Source: Spizellomyces punctatus DAOM BR117
Taxonomy: Eukaryota
Length of the DNA stretch: 64,000 nt
Assembly (NCBI GenBank): GCA_000182565.2
Contig: KQ257465.1
Reading direction: 5' to 3' (one strand)
This document shows positions 1 through 11,973 of this stretch, piece after piece. Position 1 is the stretch's first letter. The number at the start of each line of letters is the position of its first letter. The notes beneath the pieces are model-generated. The model ran no database searches and was not told the origin of the DNA. It worked only from the letters and a program-made list of their open reading frames with translations. The position numbers were made by a program, and so were the translations under genes.

Positions 1-25
1 CATAAAACTCGATACTCTTTCTAGT

Positions 26-1468
26 CTACCCATGCCATCCGCCTTGAAACAGTACATCCTGCAGAGGCGAAATCTCTCCCAAACCCCTTTGTCCATCGTC
101 GACTTCAGCCACGATATTGCCAACACCATACTCTTCCTCATCCTCATCACCCTCTGCATCCTCTTCAATGTCGGGACCAGGCGGTAACGATCGTGTCGCT
201 TCTTGTAATTGTTGTTGTTGTTGTTGTTGTTGTTGTTTGTCAGACAAGCTCGCAGCGACATCCTCGGGATGCGTAAACGTCTTTTTATGGTACCGCAATC
301 CAGCAGCGGTAGAGTACTGCTTTGAGCATTTCGGACAAGGATAGAAATCGGGCTTGACTCGCGCAACGCGCACAGGTGGTTGGCGAGGAATGTGCGACAT
401 TTTGTGAAAGTGACGGAGATGGTACCGCAGCCCTGCTCCCGTTCCATACGTTTTGGGACAATCCGGGACAAAGCAGCGGTACACGCGCGGCTGCGTCGGT
501 ACATTCCCATTTTGATGAGATTGTCGCGAGGGAGGCACGGGGGACGTGGGGATGGAGGGTGCAGGCGACGACCAAGTGCTCGAAGGAGTGACGGTGCCGG
601 ACGGAAGTCCATAGTCAATGTGGGGCGACGACGACGAGGACGGATGGTCCGCAGCAGCAGAGTGCCCATCGTCATACGCCATAGGATCCTCATATTTGAG
701 CGAATACGTTTCGGAAGCGGCGGTGCTGCAGTCTGATGGGGAGGTGGGGGGAGCCAGAGGGGGCGGGATGCGCGAGTGATGCAGCTCGCCGCCGCTGGTA
801 GGAGCGGAAAAGGGGGGAGTGGGGAGCGAGGACTGGACAGTGGGGGCTTTGGGGGACCATTGCTGCTGCGGAGTAATGTGAGTTTGATGAGAGGGGGGAT
901 GATAGTCTATATCGGCAGGCACAGAAGAATGCTGAGAGTGATAGCTGCTTGCCGAGAGAATGTCTTCAAAGGTGGAAAAGACGGGAGTGGGGAGGGACGG
1001 CAGACCAGTGCCGGTTGGGGAAGGGTGGAACATGGAGACATTTGATTGATGCTGTTGATGATTGTTATTGTTGTAATGCTGCTGTTGTTGATGATGATGC
1101 AGTTGTGGATGCTGAAAATGTGGGTCTGTGACGAGGTTGGGAAGCGAGACGTGGGCCGACATTTGCATTGGCATGTGGCCGGCCATTTGAATGTGGGGAA
1201 GGGCATACCCGTTCCAAGGCATGTGCGATGGCACGACAAAGCCGTGTTGTTGTTGCTGTGGTAGCTGTGGTTGTTGTTGCTGATGTGGTTGCTGTGTCAA
1301 ATGATGCTGATGATGAACGGGAGAAGACGGAACGGGATACTGAGGCGATAGGTGGTCAGATGGCGAGTAAGGGTAGGCAGAACGGGGCATGGAGAGCATG
1401 GGATCCGACTGACTGCGCTGAACGGGATGACCGTGTTGGCGATGGCGAGTGTACTGGTCCATTGTCAT
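26..1468 (-). CDS. C2H2 zinc-finger transcription factor with Q/H/P-rich N-terminus (Sfp1/JAZF1-like finger pair)
   Basis: Two fingers, YRCFVPDCPKTYGTGAGLRYHLRHFH and YPCPKCSKQYSTAAGLRYHKKTFTH. Likely start is MTMDQ at 1468; the in-frame sequence upstream is low-complexity and probably UTR/intron. Confidence 0.85.
   Translation of the reverse strand: MTMDQYTRHRQHGHPVQRSQSDPMLSMPRSAYPYSPSDHLSPQYPVPSSPVHHQHHLTQQPHQQQQPQLPQQQQHGFVVPSHMPWNGYALPHIQMAGHMPMQMSAHVSLPNLVTDPHFQHPQLHHHQQQQHYNNNNHQQHQSNVSMFHPSPTGTGLPSLPTPVFSTFEDILSASSYHSQHSSVPADIDYHPPSHQTHITPQQQWSPKAPTVQSSLPTPPFSAPTSGGELHHSRIPPPLAPPTSPSDCSTAASETYSLKYEDPMAYDDGHSAAADHPSSSSSPHIDYGLPSGTVTPSSTWSSPAPSIPTSPVPPSRQSHQNGNVPTQPRVYRCFVPDCPKTYGTGAGLRYHLRHFHKMSHIPRQPPVRVARVKPDFYPCPKCSKQYSTAAGLRYHKKTFTHPEDVAASLSDKQQQQQQQQQLQEATRSLPPGPDIEEDAEGDEDEEEYGVGNIVAEVDDGQRGLGEISPLQDVLFQGGWHG
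208..237. repeat. (TTG)n/(CAA)n microsatellite encoding polyQ
   Basis: ttgttgttg... run inside the zinc-finger gene. Confidence 0.9.
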
Positions 1469-1744
1469 GTGTATGCCGCAGCAGACCACCACGGATGCTC
1501 CACCGTCAAAAGTAGTAGGGAGTGCTGGTGGTGGTAATTTCCTTGTCGTCGTCGTCGTCGTTGTCGTCGTTGTTGTTCCAGCAATAGTTGTAATGGGAGT
1601 GGGCGTTGATTGCTGACTGCCATTTGCAAACCCCAACAACAACAATGAGCATCTACTATGAACAATAATGTCCCCAAAATACAATAAAAATAAAAGTAAA
1701 AGAAATACTCACAGTGAGCCCATGGGATAATAACAAAATGTAAG

Positions 1745-2420
1745 AGAGAGTGTGTGTGTGGGAAAAAAAATAAAAATAAAAGAGAAAGCGCGCGCGCAAA
1801 CAACCAAGAAAAAAAAAAGGAGGAGAGCCAGGAAGCAAGCAAGGAAGGAAGGAAGGAGAGAGACAAGAAGAAGAAGAAGAACAAGAGAGAAGAGAGAAGA
1901 AGAAAGAAAAAGAGAGAGAGAGCGTGGGAAAGTACTCCCTTTTCACTACAAAAGAAAGACACTACATCTACACTCATCATGTCTATATATAGTATAATTA
2001 TATTATGTGGCGTTATTCCCTACTATATATAGAAATGTGTAATGCATTCCAATGAATATAGAGAGCCGATAGAATATGAATTGATTGGTGGCATTTCCAT
2101 CGATGAATGACCATGGAGTTGAAATGGACATGGGAATAAGAGAGAGAGAGTAATTGGAGAGAGAGGGATGGACCATTTAGAGTGAGAAAAGAGAGAGTGA
2201 GAAAAGAGAGAGAGAGATCTCTAATAAAAGTGAATAGTTATTAGTTGTTATTAGTCTCTCTCTCTCTCTCTCTTGCTATTAGTCACTTTCATAGCACACA
2301 AACTGCATTTCTCTCTTATTCTTGCGAGTCTCGAATGGAGGGGGTCTTTTTTACACAGAGAAAAGGGGACTCTTTTAGCAGTCGATTGCTACCCTTGTAT
2401 TCTCTCTCTCTCTCTCTTTC
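1745..2420. repeat. GA/AAG/CT-rich low-complexity tracts in a divergent intergenic region
   Basis: (GA)n, (AAG)n and (GAAG)n on + at 1745-2220; (CT)n at about 2255-2272 and 2401-2416. Confidence 0.85.
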
Positions 2421-2652
2421 CCTTAAAAGAACCTTATGACCGTGCCACATGAACAGTGCCACTCTCATTATGACTATTTGGTTTATATGGGATCTTACAC
2501 ACATTCACCCGCTGTCTATGCCACTTGCACACATTCAACCGCTTTCCTTCCTTCCATAGGGATGCATTGAACAAAAGGCAAGGAGGAGAGAGGGAGAGAA
2601 AACTGCTCTTTCACACACGGTCCATAACAAACAGGCAGAGTTTTTAAAGCAA

Positions 2653-3288
2653 ATGGACATGCACTCTTCCTCCTCCTCCTCATCGTCTTCCTCCTCATCG
2701 GCAACGGCCTTGACACCCACGCGTCGGCAAATGGGTGTTCTCCGCATTGACACAGACAGTCAACAACGCTCAGGTCGCTCAACATTCTCTCCTATTGAAC
2801 AAGTATCAAGCGCACTCACCATGGACGACACGGAACGCAGAGATCCACTCGCCTTTTTAGACACGCTCCAATCCTACCTCATTTCTCCCATCCCACGCTC
2901 CCAAAAACACTGCACAGAATCCGCTCTTCTCGTCAAAACATGGATAGACTCTCTTTCCTCTATTGACCACCACCACCAGCAACAGCAACAAACCTCTCCA
3001 GCATGGTCTAGTAGAATGAGCGGATCGAGCACAGGCAGTCCAACTCAACAGTCAAACCTCCTAGATCTCCTCGACGCGAAAATTGCCGAACTCAATGCCG
3101 ACATTGAAACCTTTCATATTCCCCGCTCGGCCTCTGTCTCATCCTCCTTATCCTCGCATTCCTCGTGTTCGTCTTTATCATCTTCGCGTCTCGAATCGAT
3201 TCCTGAGCACCCTCAACGAGACATTCAGAAACTGAAAGAGTTGGATCGCTTGAATAGGCGGGATGGCAGAAAACCCCTCCTTGCTTGA
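2653..3288 (+). CDS. Hypothetical Ser-rich protein (211 aa) with short coiled coil
   Basis: Single ATG-started ORF; amphipathic segment LLDLLDAKIAELNADIE; no family recognised. Confidence 0.6.
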   Translation: MDMHSSSSSSSSSSSSATALTPTRRQMGVLRIDTDSQQRSGRSTFSPIEQVSSALTMDDTERRDPLAFLDTLQSYLISPIPRSQKHCTESALLVKTWIDSLSSIDHHHQQQQQTSPAWSSRMSGSSTGSPTQQSNLLDLLDAKIAELNADIETFHIPRSASVSSSLSSHSSCSSLSSSRLESIPEHPQRDIQKLKELDRLNRRDGRKPLLA

Positions 3289-3915
3289 AATAGTGCCCAT
3301 TTTTTTTGACGAGCAAACATTGATATACACGCACACACACACGCACACACACACGCACGAGTCCCTCACAATCACCGCCATTCATCTCGCCATTCTTGAA
3401 CCAAAATAGACCTCTTGTTGATGATGATCATATCCACTCGTTTCTCTTGTACATTGTTTTTCTTGTTCTATTTAAAGAAAAAACCTCTTATCTCTTGTCT
3501 AGTTTTATAGTCTAGTGTGTTGTTTTTGCTAGCATTGGATGTAGTCAACTTTTTTCCCATACACACACACACAAGTTACTATTATATCCTTAATAGAGAT
3601 GCCACTTTTGCAGACTTGCGTCAAATTCTTTTCCTTTGAAAATGGAGGATTAATGTCCATGTAGGGAAGCAGTCAAGACACTGACACTGGCTATTACCGG
3701 CAAAATGCCAACCAAAATTCATCCAATATAAAACCCTATATACACGAACGCAAATCTACAACTCATGTTCTGTATCCCATATGAAAGCAAGATACATAAG
3801 CAACCGGGGGGCATCAACCTACAACAACCTCTCACCTCATCCTATACACACAATCCTACACATACAATTAGCAAGCGCATTACACAACGTCGTCTACCAT
3901 CTCATATCACCCTCC

Positions 3916-5504
3916 CTACAACATCATCATTTGATACCTCTTTCCAAATTCAACCACCTTGTCACTCACAAACACACTCTTCCCCCCAAACGCCTTGACA
4001 CGTAACCCCTCCAACCCTTTAACCCTCGACAGAGCGGTATAAGCCTGCCCAGACGCAAAAGCCGCCTCCAAATCCACTTCAACCCGATCCAACGTCATTC
4101 CCTGACTTTTATGCACCGTCAATGCCCACGCCAATTTCAGCGGTATTTGTCTCCGAACCAAGATCCCACGACCCGGTCCAAGCGACATTTCAAACCGATG
4201 GAACCCAACACAAAAGATTTTTCGATCTGCAGCGAATTGGACAAGGGGGAGGGATACGTGGGTACCGAGGACGGGATCTAACGCTGTCTTGTAGCCCACA
4301 ACATGTCCTCTTGCGCCATTGACGAGACCTTGATCGACAGACATGTTTCGGAGGAGGACGACTTGGGCACCCGGTTTAAGATGCAAGGTCCTAGGAGCCG
4401 CAAAGGCATTAAAATGCAAATCAATGACTTCTTGAAATTCCGGTACAAGTCTCATGGTATCTCGTCCCGCTTCAAAACTATCATTGGCCGTAAAGGTCGT
4501 CATGGCTTCTGGTAACCGATGCAACGCCAAATGATTATACTGTTGCGCGACCCGATTGTACCCTGTAATCAACGTCGGTTCCAGTACATCCTCATCTTCC
4601 CATGTCCGCCCAACACACCCTTGTAAAGCCTTTTGAACAAACTCATCATAAACCCCCCGCCGAACTCTGCTCAAGACTTCCACAAACACTTGATCCGTCT
4701 GCCTAAATATTTGCGACAACTCCACCATTCGCATCCCGCGTTTCACCAAAGCATGCCACGCCCGTGACTCAAACACGTATCTAGCCTCGCTACCCACACA
4801 TACTGGCGGCAATTGCCAAAAATCCCCACAAAGCACCACCTGCATCCCACCAAATGGCTTGTCATACACTTTTCGAATCACCCGTGACACATGGTCGAGC
4901 ATGTCAAATAAGAGTGGATCCACCATACTCGCTTCATCAATCACGAGGATATCGGTTTCTTCGTAGGGTTTGCGTCGGAGAGTGGAGCGCTGCACATGGT
5001 GGGTTAGACTCGTTATACTTGATGTCGTTGAACCAATGTGTGACATGAATGAGTGGAGTGTTTGTCCGTTCAACTAGAATACAATATTTTCAATATTTCC
5101 ATTTCTTGTACATTGTGACCTTTGGACACACTTACATTCGCAGCAGCAATCCCCGTCGGACTCTACAAACCCAAAAAATCAATAAAACACGCACCAAAAC
5201 AAACAACACAATTCATTTTCCTCACCGTAACAGCAACCCGCTTCCCACCCTCTCGTACCCTCCCAACAAACTCATTCAAAACAGCCGTCTTACCCGTCCC
5301 CGCCTTCCCCGTAAAAAACACATTAGCTCCACTCGACAAGAGTTGAACCAGTTTTTCTTGGGAGGCTGATAGACGGGGTGTTGTTGTTGGGGTTAGGTAG
5401 GGGGTTTCGGTGTCGGCGAGGGCGAGGACGGTGGAGAGGTGCCGGAGGGAATGTCGGAGGGAATGGTGGAGGGGTCGTCGGCGATAGAGGATACAAAGGG
5501 GCAT
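3916..5504 (-). CDS. PIF1: PIF1-family 5'-3' DNA helicase, probable mitochondrial presequence (3 exons)
   Basis: FFTGKAGTGKT, SPTGIAAAN/LNGQTLHSF, IDEASM, PFGGMQVVLCGDFWQLPPV, QIPLKLAWALTVHKSQGMTL, GQAYTALSR; Arg/His-rich N-terminus. Confidence 0.93.
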
Positions 5505-5934
5505 CTAGGTAAATGTCAAAATGTGCGAGTTGGGTTTTTGCGAGTACTTGCGCGTATATCAGTTTGACATGTGTCCAAGCCACGTACGCGTCCGAACATT
5601 TTGTGAGTCAACCGATCATTCGCTTCCCATTAATTTATGTTTTGCAAAAAAAAAAAAGGTATTAAAGCTACCTAGATGGATAGCGTGAGGTGAAAAGACT
5701 GAATGTGGGTGAAATAGAGATGCTTAATGGGTGAGATGTTGAAATGTTGGAGTAGTGGTACCAATCCATACGACAAACAGCCTTTTGTGTATCTTGGAAG
5801 ACATTTTGATGGATAACCAAGAGACAGCATAACGCAAGTCAAACTTCTGCCCATTTTTAAAAACTCAATGATATACATTAAAACACATTCACAAAAACAT
5901 CACAAAAAAAACCTTCCAAAATGTATTCACATGA

Positions 5935-7725
5935 CTACCCCAACCTCGGCACAGCCTTAATAACACCCGTCCGATTCAACCTATCCAACAACACAAACAA
6001 CTTTTCCGCTTCCCGTTCCCTCTCTTCCTCACTCATAGCCTTCCACTCTTCATCCGCCTTCTGCGCACTGAATTCACCTGTAATGGGGTCAATATCTTCT
6101 GTTGGTGCTGGTCCACCACTAGGAAGGAGACCACGGTTATAGAGAAAGCCCGCGGCGGGGCCGTATCCAATGTAGGAGACGAGGGTTTCGGCTTTATCAA
6201 GACAATTAAAAGAATGTGGGTTGGGAATGGAAATAAAGAGATACGTACGTGATTCATTGGAGAGTATAAAAAAGAGTTCAGAGACGGCTTGTCGGAGGTT
6301 TGGATATGTGATGGATGTCATGTACCGTATTAATCGAGCCGTCAATGTCGTCCCTTTATCCAACGGCTGACTTCGATCTCTATAAACCAAGAAGCATTAG
6401 GACATACCTAAAACACACACATATTGTAACGCTACTCACATATCATTTGGCATGATCCAGTCTCTCATGACAGCTCTCGCATGCACATCCCCTCTAGCAA
6501 CTCCCACCAAAACCAACACCAAAGGCGAACACGATTCATCCAATAACACGCCACCTACGCGTACCTCCTCCTCGGCATCCTCGCCATGAACACCTACAGT
6601 CTCTTCCAAGATATCCACAAACTTTCGCAAGAGTGTGTAATCGTCATTCGGAAACCAAATGTCGTGGTGTGTAGGGAAATGCAATAACGTGTGAATGGCG
6701 TGTGAGATGGGTGGTGAGAGTGGCGGTGTTGGAAGGGGGTATGATCGGAGGAGATCCAAAATGGGTGGCACGAGTCTGTTTTGGTTTCTTGAGATGAAAT
6801 GTTACAACCTTTTTCAGCATATAATAAACGCACCCTGTACAATCAGTCTCTTCATCCGAAATATTAAAAACAAGCTTTAAAATCTCGTTCAACACCATCA
6901 ATTCCATCCCCTCCACAGGTGCTTTGACGAGTCTCTCGAGTCTCTGTTTCCAATTAGTCCCAATTCGCAAAAAAATATAAAAGCGTTTGTTGTTTACCTC
7001 GGTCAATATACCAACAATCCCGTTCTTTAGTACCGTCTGCACAACTTGACGTTCAACAGTCGCCAAAAACAGAATCCGAAATATGAGAAACGTGGGTTCA
7101 GATGCTAAACCCCCATCCTACACACACCCATTAAACTTCATTCATCCAAAAACCAAAAAATCGAAACACAACATACCTTTATAATCTCTACACACTTTTC
7201 CACACCACCTAGTTCCCATACTACACCCCTCGCAGCAGGATAATGCAACAAGACATTACAAAGACATTTAAGTCCCTCTGTTGTGTGTGGCGTCGGTTGA
7301 TACGCATTTGACCCGAGTCCCGCATGCAATACCAACAATTTTGTGCCCTATGTATTTAAATTAGATACGATACGTATATTGGGCACGACCGATACGTACC
7401 TCAACGGAATAGAGTGCATCGCATCCAACGGATTCACGTAGTAGGATACGCAACACGCTTAATACGTGGGTAAAGACTAGTGGACATGTCAATCCATGTT
7501 TTAACGTTATATAGTTGGTGGTGATTGTATTTTACCATCTTGGCTCCATGTGCCGCTCTCGTCGCGTAGACCTTGAACGATACGATCAACGTAAGCGGTT
7601 TTCTCAGCGACGGTGATTGCGGGTGTGAAGCATGTGGTCTGGGCGTGGGTTTTGAGAAAGGTTTGGAGGGTAGAGAGAAGGGTTGGGTCTGTGAAGGATG
7701 ATGGGAGGGGAGGGAGGGACGTCAT
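5935..7725 (-). CDS. RIC8: Ric8/synembryn G-alpha GEF and chaperone (multi-exon)
   Basis: EGLKCLCN, YIGYGPAAGFL, IDPITG, MSEEEREREAEKLFVLLDRLNRTGVIK. Confidence 0.9.
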
Positions 7726-7793
7726 GTTTTGAATCTGTGGGATGGTCAGTGTGGTGGTTGATGCAAGCAAAAGTGTTCCAACGCGTGAGCAGT

Positions 7794-7802
7794 GTCACGT
7801 GA
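7794..7802. promoter_or_regulatory. Extended E-box GTCACGTGA in the RIC8 / b5-ACAD divergent promoter
   Basis: About 70 bp upstream of the RIC8 ATG; similar motifs at 17759, 21691, 39223, 44046 and 47593. Confidence 0.45.
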
Positions 7803-8345
7803 GTATGCTTGGTAAGCAGCTGCGATCAACTTTGGGTGGAATGACACGAGTCTGCAGTTGTGCAGTGTTTGTCCAGGGAAGGGAACCTCCGGAGGGACTT
7901 AATCAAAGGAACAAAGGATCAAGGGACGGCAAGGTCGGGGCGAGACGTTCAGGAAGAAGGGAACGAAACCACAAGGGTAATGCCAGACGCACGCCGAGAC
8001 GCTGCCTGGCCAGTCAACAGTCAGCCCTTGAAAACAAAAAAAAAAAACTGCATTCGTCACAGTGCACCCACCAAAACTCGAACTTGTCAATTGTTCAAAA
8101 GTCGCACACGTGTCATCACACGACAGCCCAATTTGATACAACTTTCACATGTCTAGATCTTCAAAAAGGTCACGTTCTCCTTGGTGTAACATGATTCCAA
8201 ATATAGCATAATTGGCAGTTATTGAGCGTATTTAATGGGTCTGGTGGAGGAGAAGGGTTGGATTTCCCCCCACCTTGGTTTTGTGTACGCCTTGCTCATC
8301 GCCATCTTGGTTCTCGCCCCCGTCCATCTGCACATTTGCAAAGCT

Positions 8346-10436
8346 ATGCCGTCCTTTACTACTGAGCAGGTTGCCTCCCACAACACTGAAAAGGACATTT
8401 GGGTACTGCACACCATCCGCTACACTTGAGCGCGCTGACTTGAAGCTAAACACATACCTCTAGATCATTGTCCACGGAAAAGTGTACGATGTGACATCCT
8501 TTCTAAACGACCACCCAGGAGGCAAAAAGATTTTGCTAAAGGTGGCCGGAACGGATGCGTCCAAGCAGTTTGACAACTTTCACAACAAGTCTGTTTTGGA
8601 CAAGTATGGACCTAAATTGTACAAGGGCGATATTGGAGGTGCTGTTGAGGAGGTCAAGGGCGAGGCTGAGAGTGTAGAGTTGACTGGGTTGGAGGAGGGT
8701 GAGGCCTTTGGTGATTTGATTCCTTTTGGCGATCCTTACTGGTACCAGGTAAATTGAATGTAGGAATGTGCATCGTTCGTATTGGGATATTGATGTTTTT
8801 TGTCGTTTAGGACTGGTATTCTCCTTACTACAATGAAAGTCACCGTCGTCTACGTGCGACTGTGCGCGCCTTTGTGGAAAAGGAGATTATGCCTTTCTGC
8901 CATGAATGGGATGAGGCAAAACAGATTCCCAAGGAACTGTTTATCAAGGCTGCTAACGCGGGCATCCTTGGCGCCATTGTCGGACACCCATGGCCTACAA
9001 AGTACGTTGAGAGAGGTCCCATTGCTGGTATCAAACCTGAAGGTGAGCCAATAAAAGGAGAATTTGACGCGCAATCTCCGCTGACTCGACATGACAGACT
9101 TTGACGCGTTCCACGAGTTTATTGTTTGTGATGAGCTTTCCCGCTGTGGATCTGGAGGTGTCCTTTGGGGTTTGATTGGTGGTTTGGGTATCGGACTCCC
9201 ACCCGTCATCCAATTCGGAACGGACTACCTCAAGGACAAGGTTGTCAAGGATTGCCTTGCTGGGCGCAAGAACATTTGCTTGGCCATTACCGAACCCGCT
9301 GCTGGGTCTGATGTGGCTAATTTGACCACTACCGCAAAGAAGACTGCTGATGGAAAGCACTACATTGTAAGTGCGACGCAAAGGTGGTTTCAACCCAATG
9401 CCGCCGCTAATGTATCGTCATTTTGTTGACAGCTCAATGGTGAGAAAAAATGGATCACCAACGGTGTCTTTGCAGACTACTTTACTGTTGCTTGGTAAGT
9501 TGCATCAAATACAGCCAACACCGCAGCTGTCTCGACCACTATCTCTAACCAGGATGCCCCTATTATTAGCCGTACTGGCGGTCCGGGAATGAATGGCGTG
9601 TCTCTGCTGCTCGTAGAGCGTGACATGCCAGGTGTGACTACCCGTCACATGCCATGCATGGGTGTCTGGGCGTCCGGAACGACCTATATCACCTTTGAAG
9701 ATGTCAAGGTTCCCGTGGAGAACTTGATTGGCCGGGAGAACAAGGGATTCAAGGTAAGCCCTGAGATCTCAACGTTCAATGGGAGCCGGACCACCAACAT
9801 GAAAACATTGCTAGTGCATCATGTTCAACTTTAATCACGAGCGTATGGGTATTTGCATCCAAGCCAACCGGTTCGCCCGTGTCTGCGTTGAAGAGTCCAT
9901 GCGTTACGCGTAAGTGCGCAAATGATATTAGATTCAATGTCTGATCTTATTTGACACTTTTGTCATTCCTCCAGTCACAAACGCAAGACCTTTGGCAAAA
10001 AGCTCATTGACCACCCCGTCATCCGTAATAAGCTGGGTCACATGGTCCGCAAGGTCGAAGCGACCCACGCGTGGATGGAATCCTTGATCTTCCAAACAAC
10101 GACCATGCCCCAAGAGCTTCAGATGCTCAAACTCGGAGGACCGATTGCATTGCTCAAAGTCCAAGCTACCCAGACTATGGAATACTGTGCTCGTGAAGCT
10201 GCCCAAATCTTTGGTGGGTTGTCGTATAGCCGTGGTGGACAGGGAGAGAAAGTGGAACGGTTGTACCGTGAAGTCCGGGGTAAGTCACTCGAGTTGACAT
10301 TAAAGTGAATCCATTGTTTGATGCGTTGTTATTTTCTTTAGCGTATGCCATTCCTGGTGGGTCTGAGGAAATTATGATTGACTTGGGTATTCGACAGTCG
10401 GTCAAAGTTGCCCAATTGAGTGGTGCCAAGTTGTAG
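8346..10436 (+). CDS. Cytochrome b5-like domain fused to acyl-CoA dehydrogenase, C-terminal PTS1 (AKL)
   Basis: b5 motifs VYDVTSFLNDHPGG and GTDASKQF; ACAD motifs CLAITEPAAGSD, NGEKKWITNG, QIFGG, AIPGGSEEIM; ends ...SGAKL-TAG. An in-frame upstream ATG lies at 8235. Confidence 0.92.
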
Positions 10437-10869
10437 ATGGGATTACTACTCTATTTACATTGTGTGCAAGGTTTGGAAATATATAAGAGGGCCACGTCCC
10501 CAAATCACGTTAGATAACATTAGTGCAGTTTGGTTTTTGGAGTGTAGCTGGGGCGGGTTGTTGATTGGGATGTCGAGGTTATGGTGAGCTGCGTTTATAA
10601 CATTGCACACGCCACTTCCAGTTGTGGATGGTGTTTGCCATGCCTTGTGGTTTTGGTGCAGTAAATTGCATCCATGAGACTTGAGTTCTATCGTCACGTT
10701 AGGGCCCTGGCACTTGGCACTTGCTAATCTTGTACCTGCTTTGGCGACGCCATCAACACCAATCTCTCCACTAACAGGACCAAACACACAGAGACACAAA
10801 AAAAAAATGCAACAATAGAAGAAATATTATCTAGCGGCAGTAATATAAAATATTCATAAAACCCCCTCA

Positions 10870-11973
10870 TCAATTCACTCGCTCCAACCACTTTCCAGCC
10901 CCCCACGTAACCCACCAAGCACACTCCAAAACCCCCCACCCAACAACGCACTCCCCAACCAAACTCACAATCCCCCTCCTCCACCCCACAAACCCCAAAA
11001 AAACTTCAACAGGCCAACAACACAAACTCGTTAACAACCCTGCCCCAATCCTCCCCACCGCAGACCGCCAATACCGTCTCAACACTGTCCTTCGTAATTG
11101 TAACACAACTTCTTTGGCGTCATCACCATAGTACATGGCATCTGACATCCATGACTGCGTTGGTTTATCTAGGTGGATTGTATCCGGGTGGGTGGGCGTT
11201 GGTGGTGTGAGACGGGTTTGAAAGTAGCTTTGAAGGGTTTGTCTCAATATGTGGAGTATGAGGGATGGGAAGAGCGTCGTGTGGGTGTATGGATTGAGGG
11301 GATATGTCAACATATAGGAAATACTACAACAAATACCAGTTAGTATCCAATACACGATTTTATTTAAAGTTTTTTGCGTACCATGTATTCAACTTTTCTA
11401 GCAAACCAGACTGTTTCAGAGTAGGAAATCGGGGGAGGAGGTACGTTTCTTGGACAAGTTCAAGTAGGTATTCGGTTAGGAGAAGGGATGTTTGGTGGGT
11501 TGTTGCTTTTGGGAGGGATGTAAATCCTATACGGGACGTGGGATTATATCTTGCCACAGAAAAGGGGTAGGAGAGCATGTAGTTTGACGTTAGGGCTGTC
11601 AGGAAAGGATGGGGTTATAAACAAAATGTCAAGCATGGTAAACGAAAAAAACCGTGAACGTACTTAGACAATTCAATGTCATCCCCAACCTATTCTCCAA
11701 AGCCTCCCTCCTCAACATTCCCCGTCGAACATCAACAACATGTCCCTCCACCGACGACAAAATCTCATCCTGAGCCCTCGTTAACCGGCCGGATAGTACA
11801 TTCCGTTTCCGTCCCATTCGACGAAAATCCTCTCGTTGTGTCTCCATTGATGTACTGTTTTCGGCTGCTGGTGCAATATACGTTGTTGCGACTTGGTGGC
11901 AGACTGTTCCGCCGAGGGTGTGCATGGCTGTTGGGGGAATGCCGAGGACAAGTGTCCAGGTTGATAAGCCCAT
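10870..11973 (-). CDS. Degenerate mitochondrial-carrier-like outer membrane protein (SLC25A46/Ugo1-like), 3 exons
   Basis: Spliced model has three Pro-kinked helices (YMLSYPFSVARY, YMLTYPL, LCCWPVEVFL) plus LFPSLILH and GWRRGIVSLV segments; introns are GTACGT..CAG and GTACGC..TAG. Confidence 0.5.

Noticed and set aside
1465-2032. ORFs of 81-171 aa rich in F/L/S or K/R/E
   Set aside because: Translation artefacts of GA/CT microsatellites
4004-4027. TAACCC telomere-like hexamers in PIF1
   Set aside because: Isolated copies explained by G-rich codons (GGG TTA) in the coding sequence
11326-11381. Apparent frameshift or premature stop between ORFs 11360-11578 and 10870-11355
   Set aside because: Resolved by a canonical intron (GTACGC..ACTAAC..TAG)
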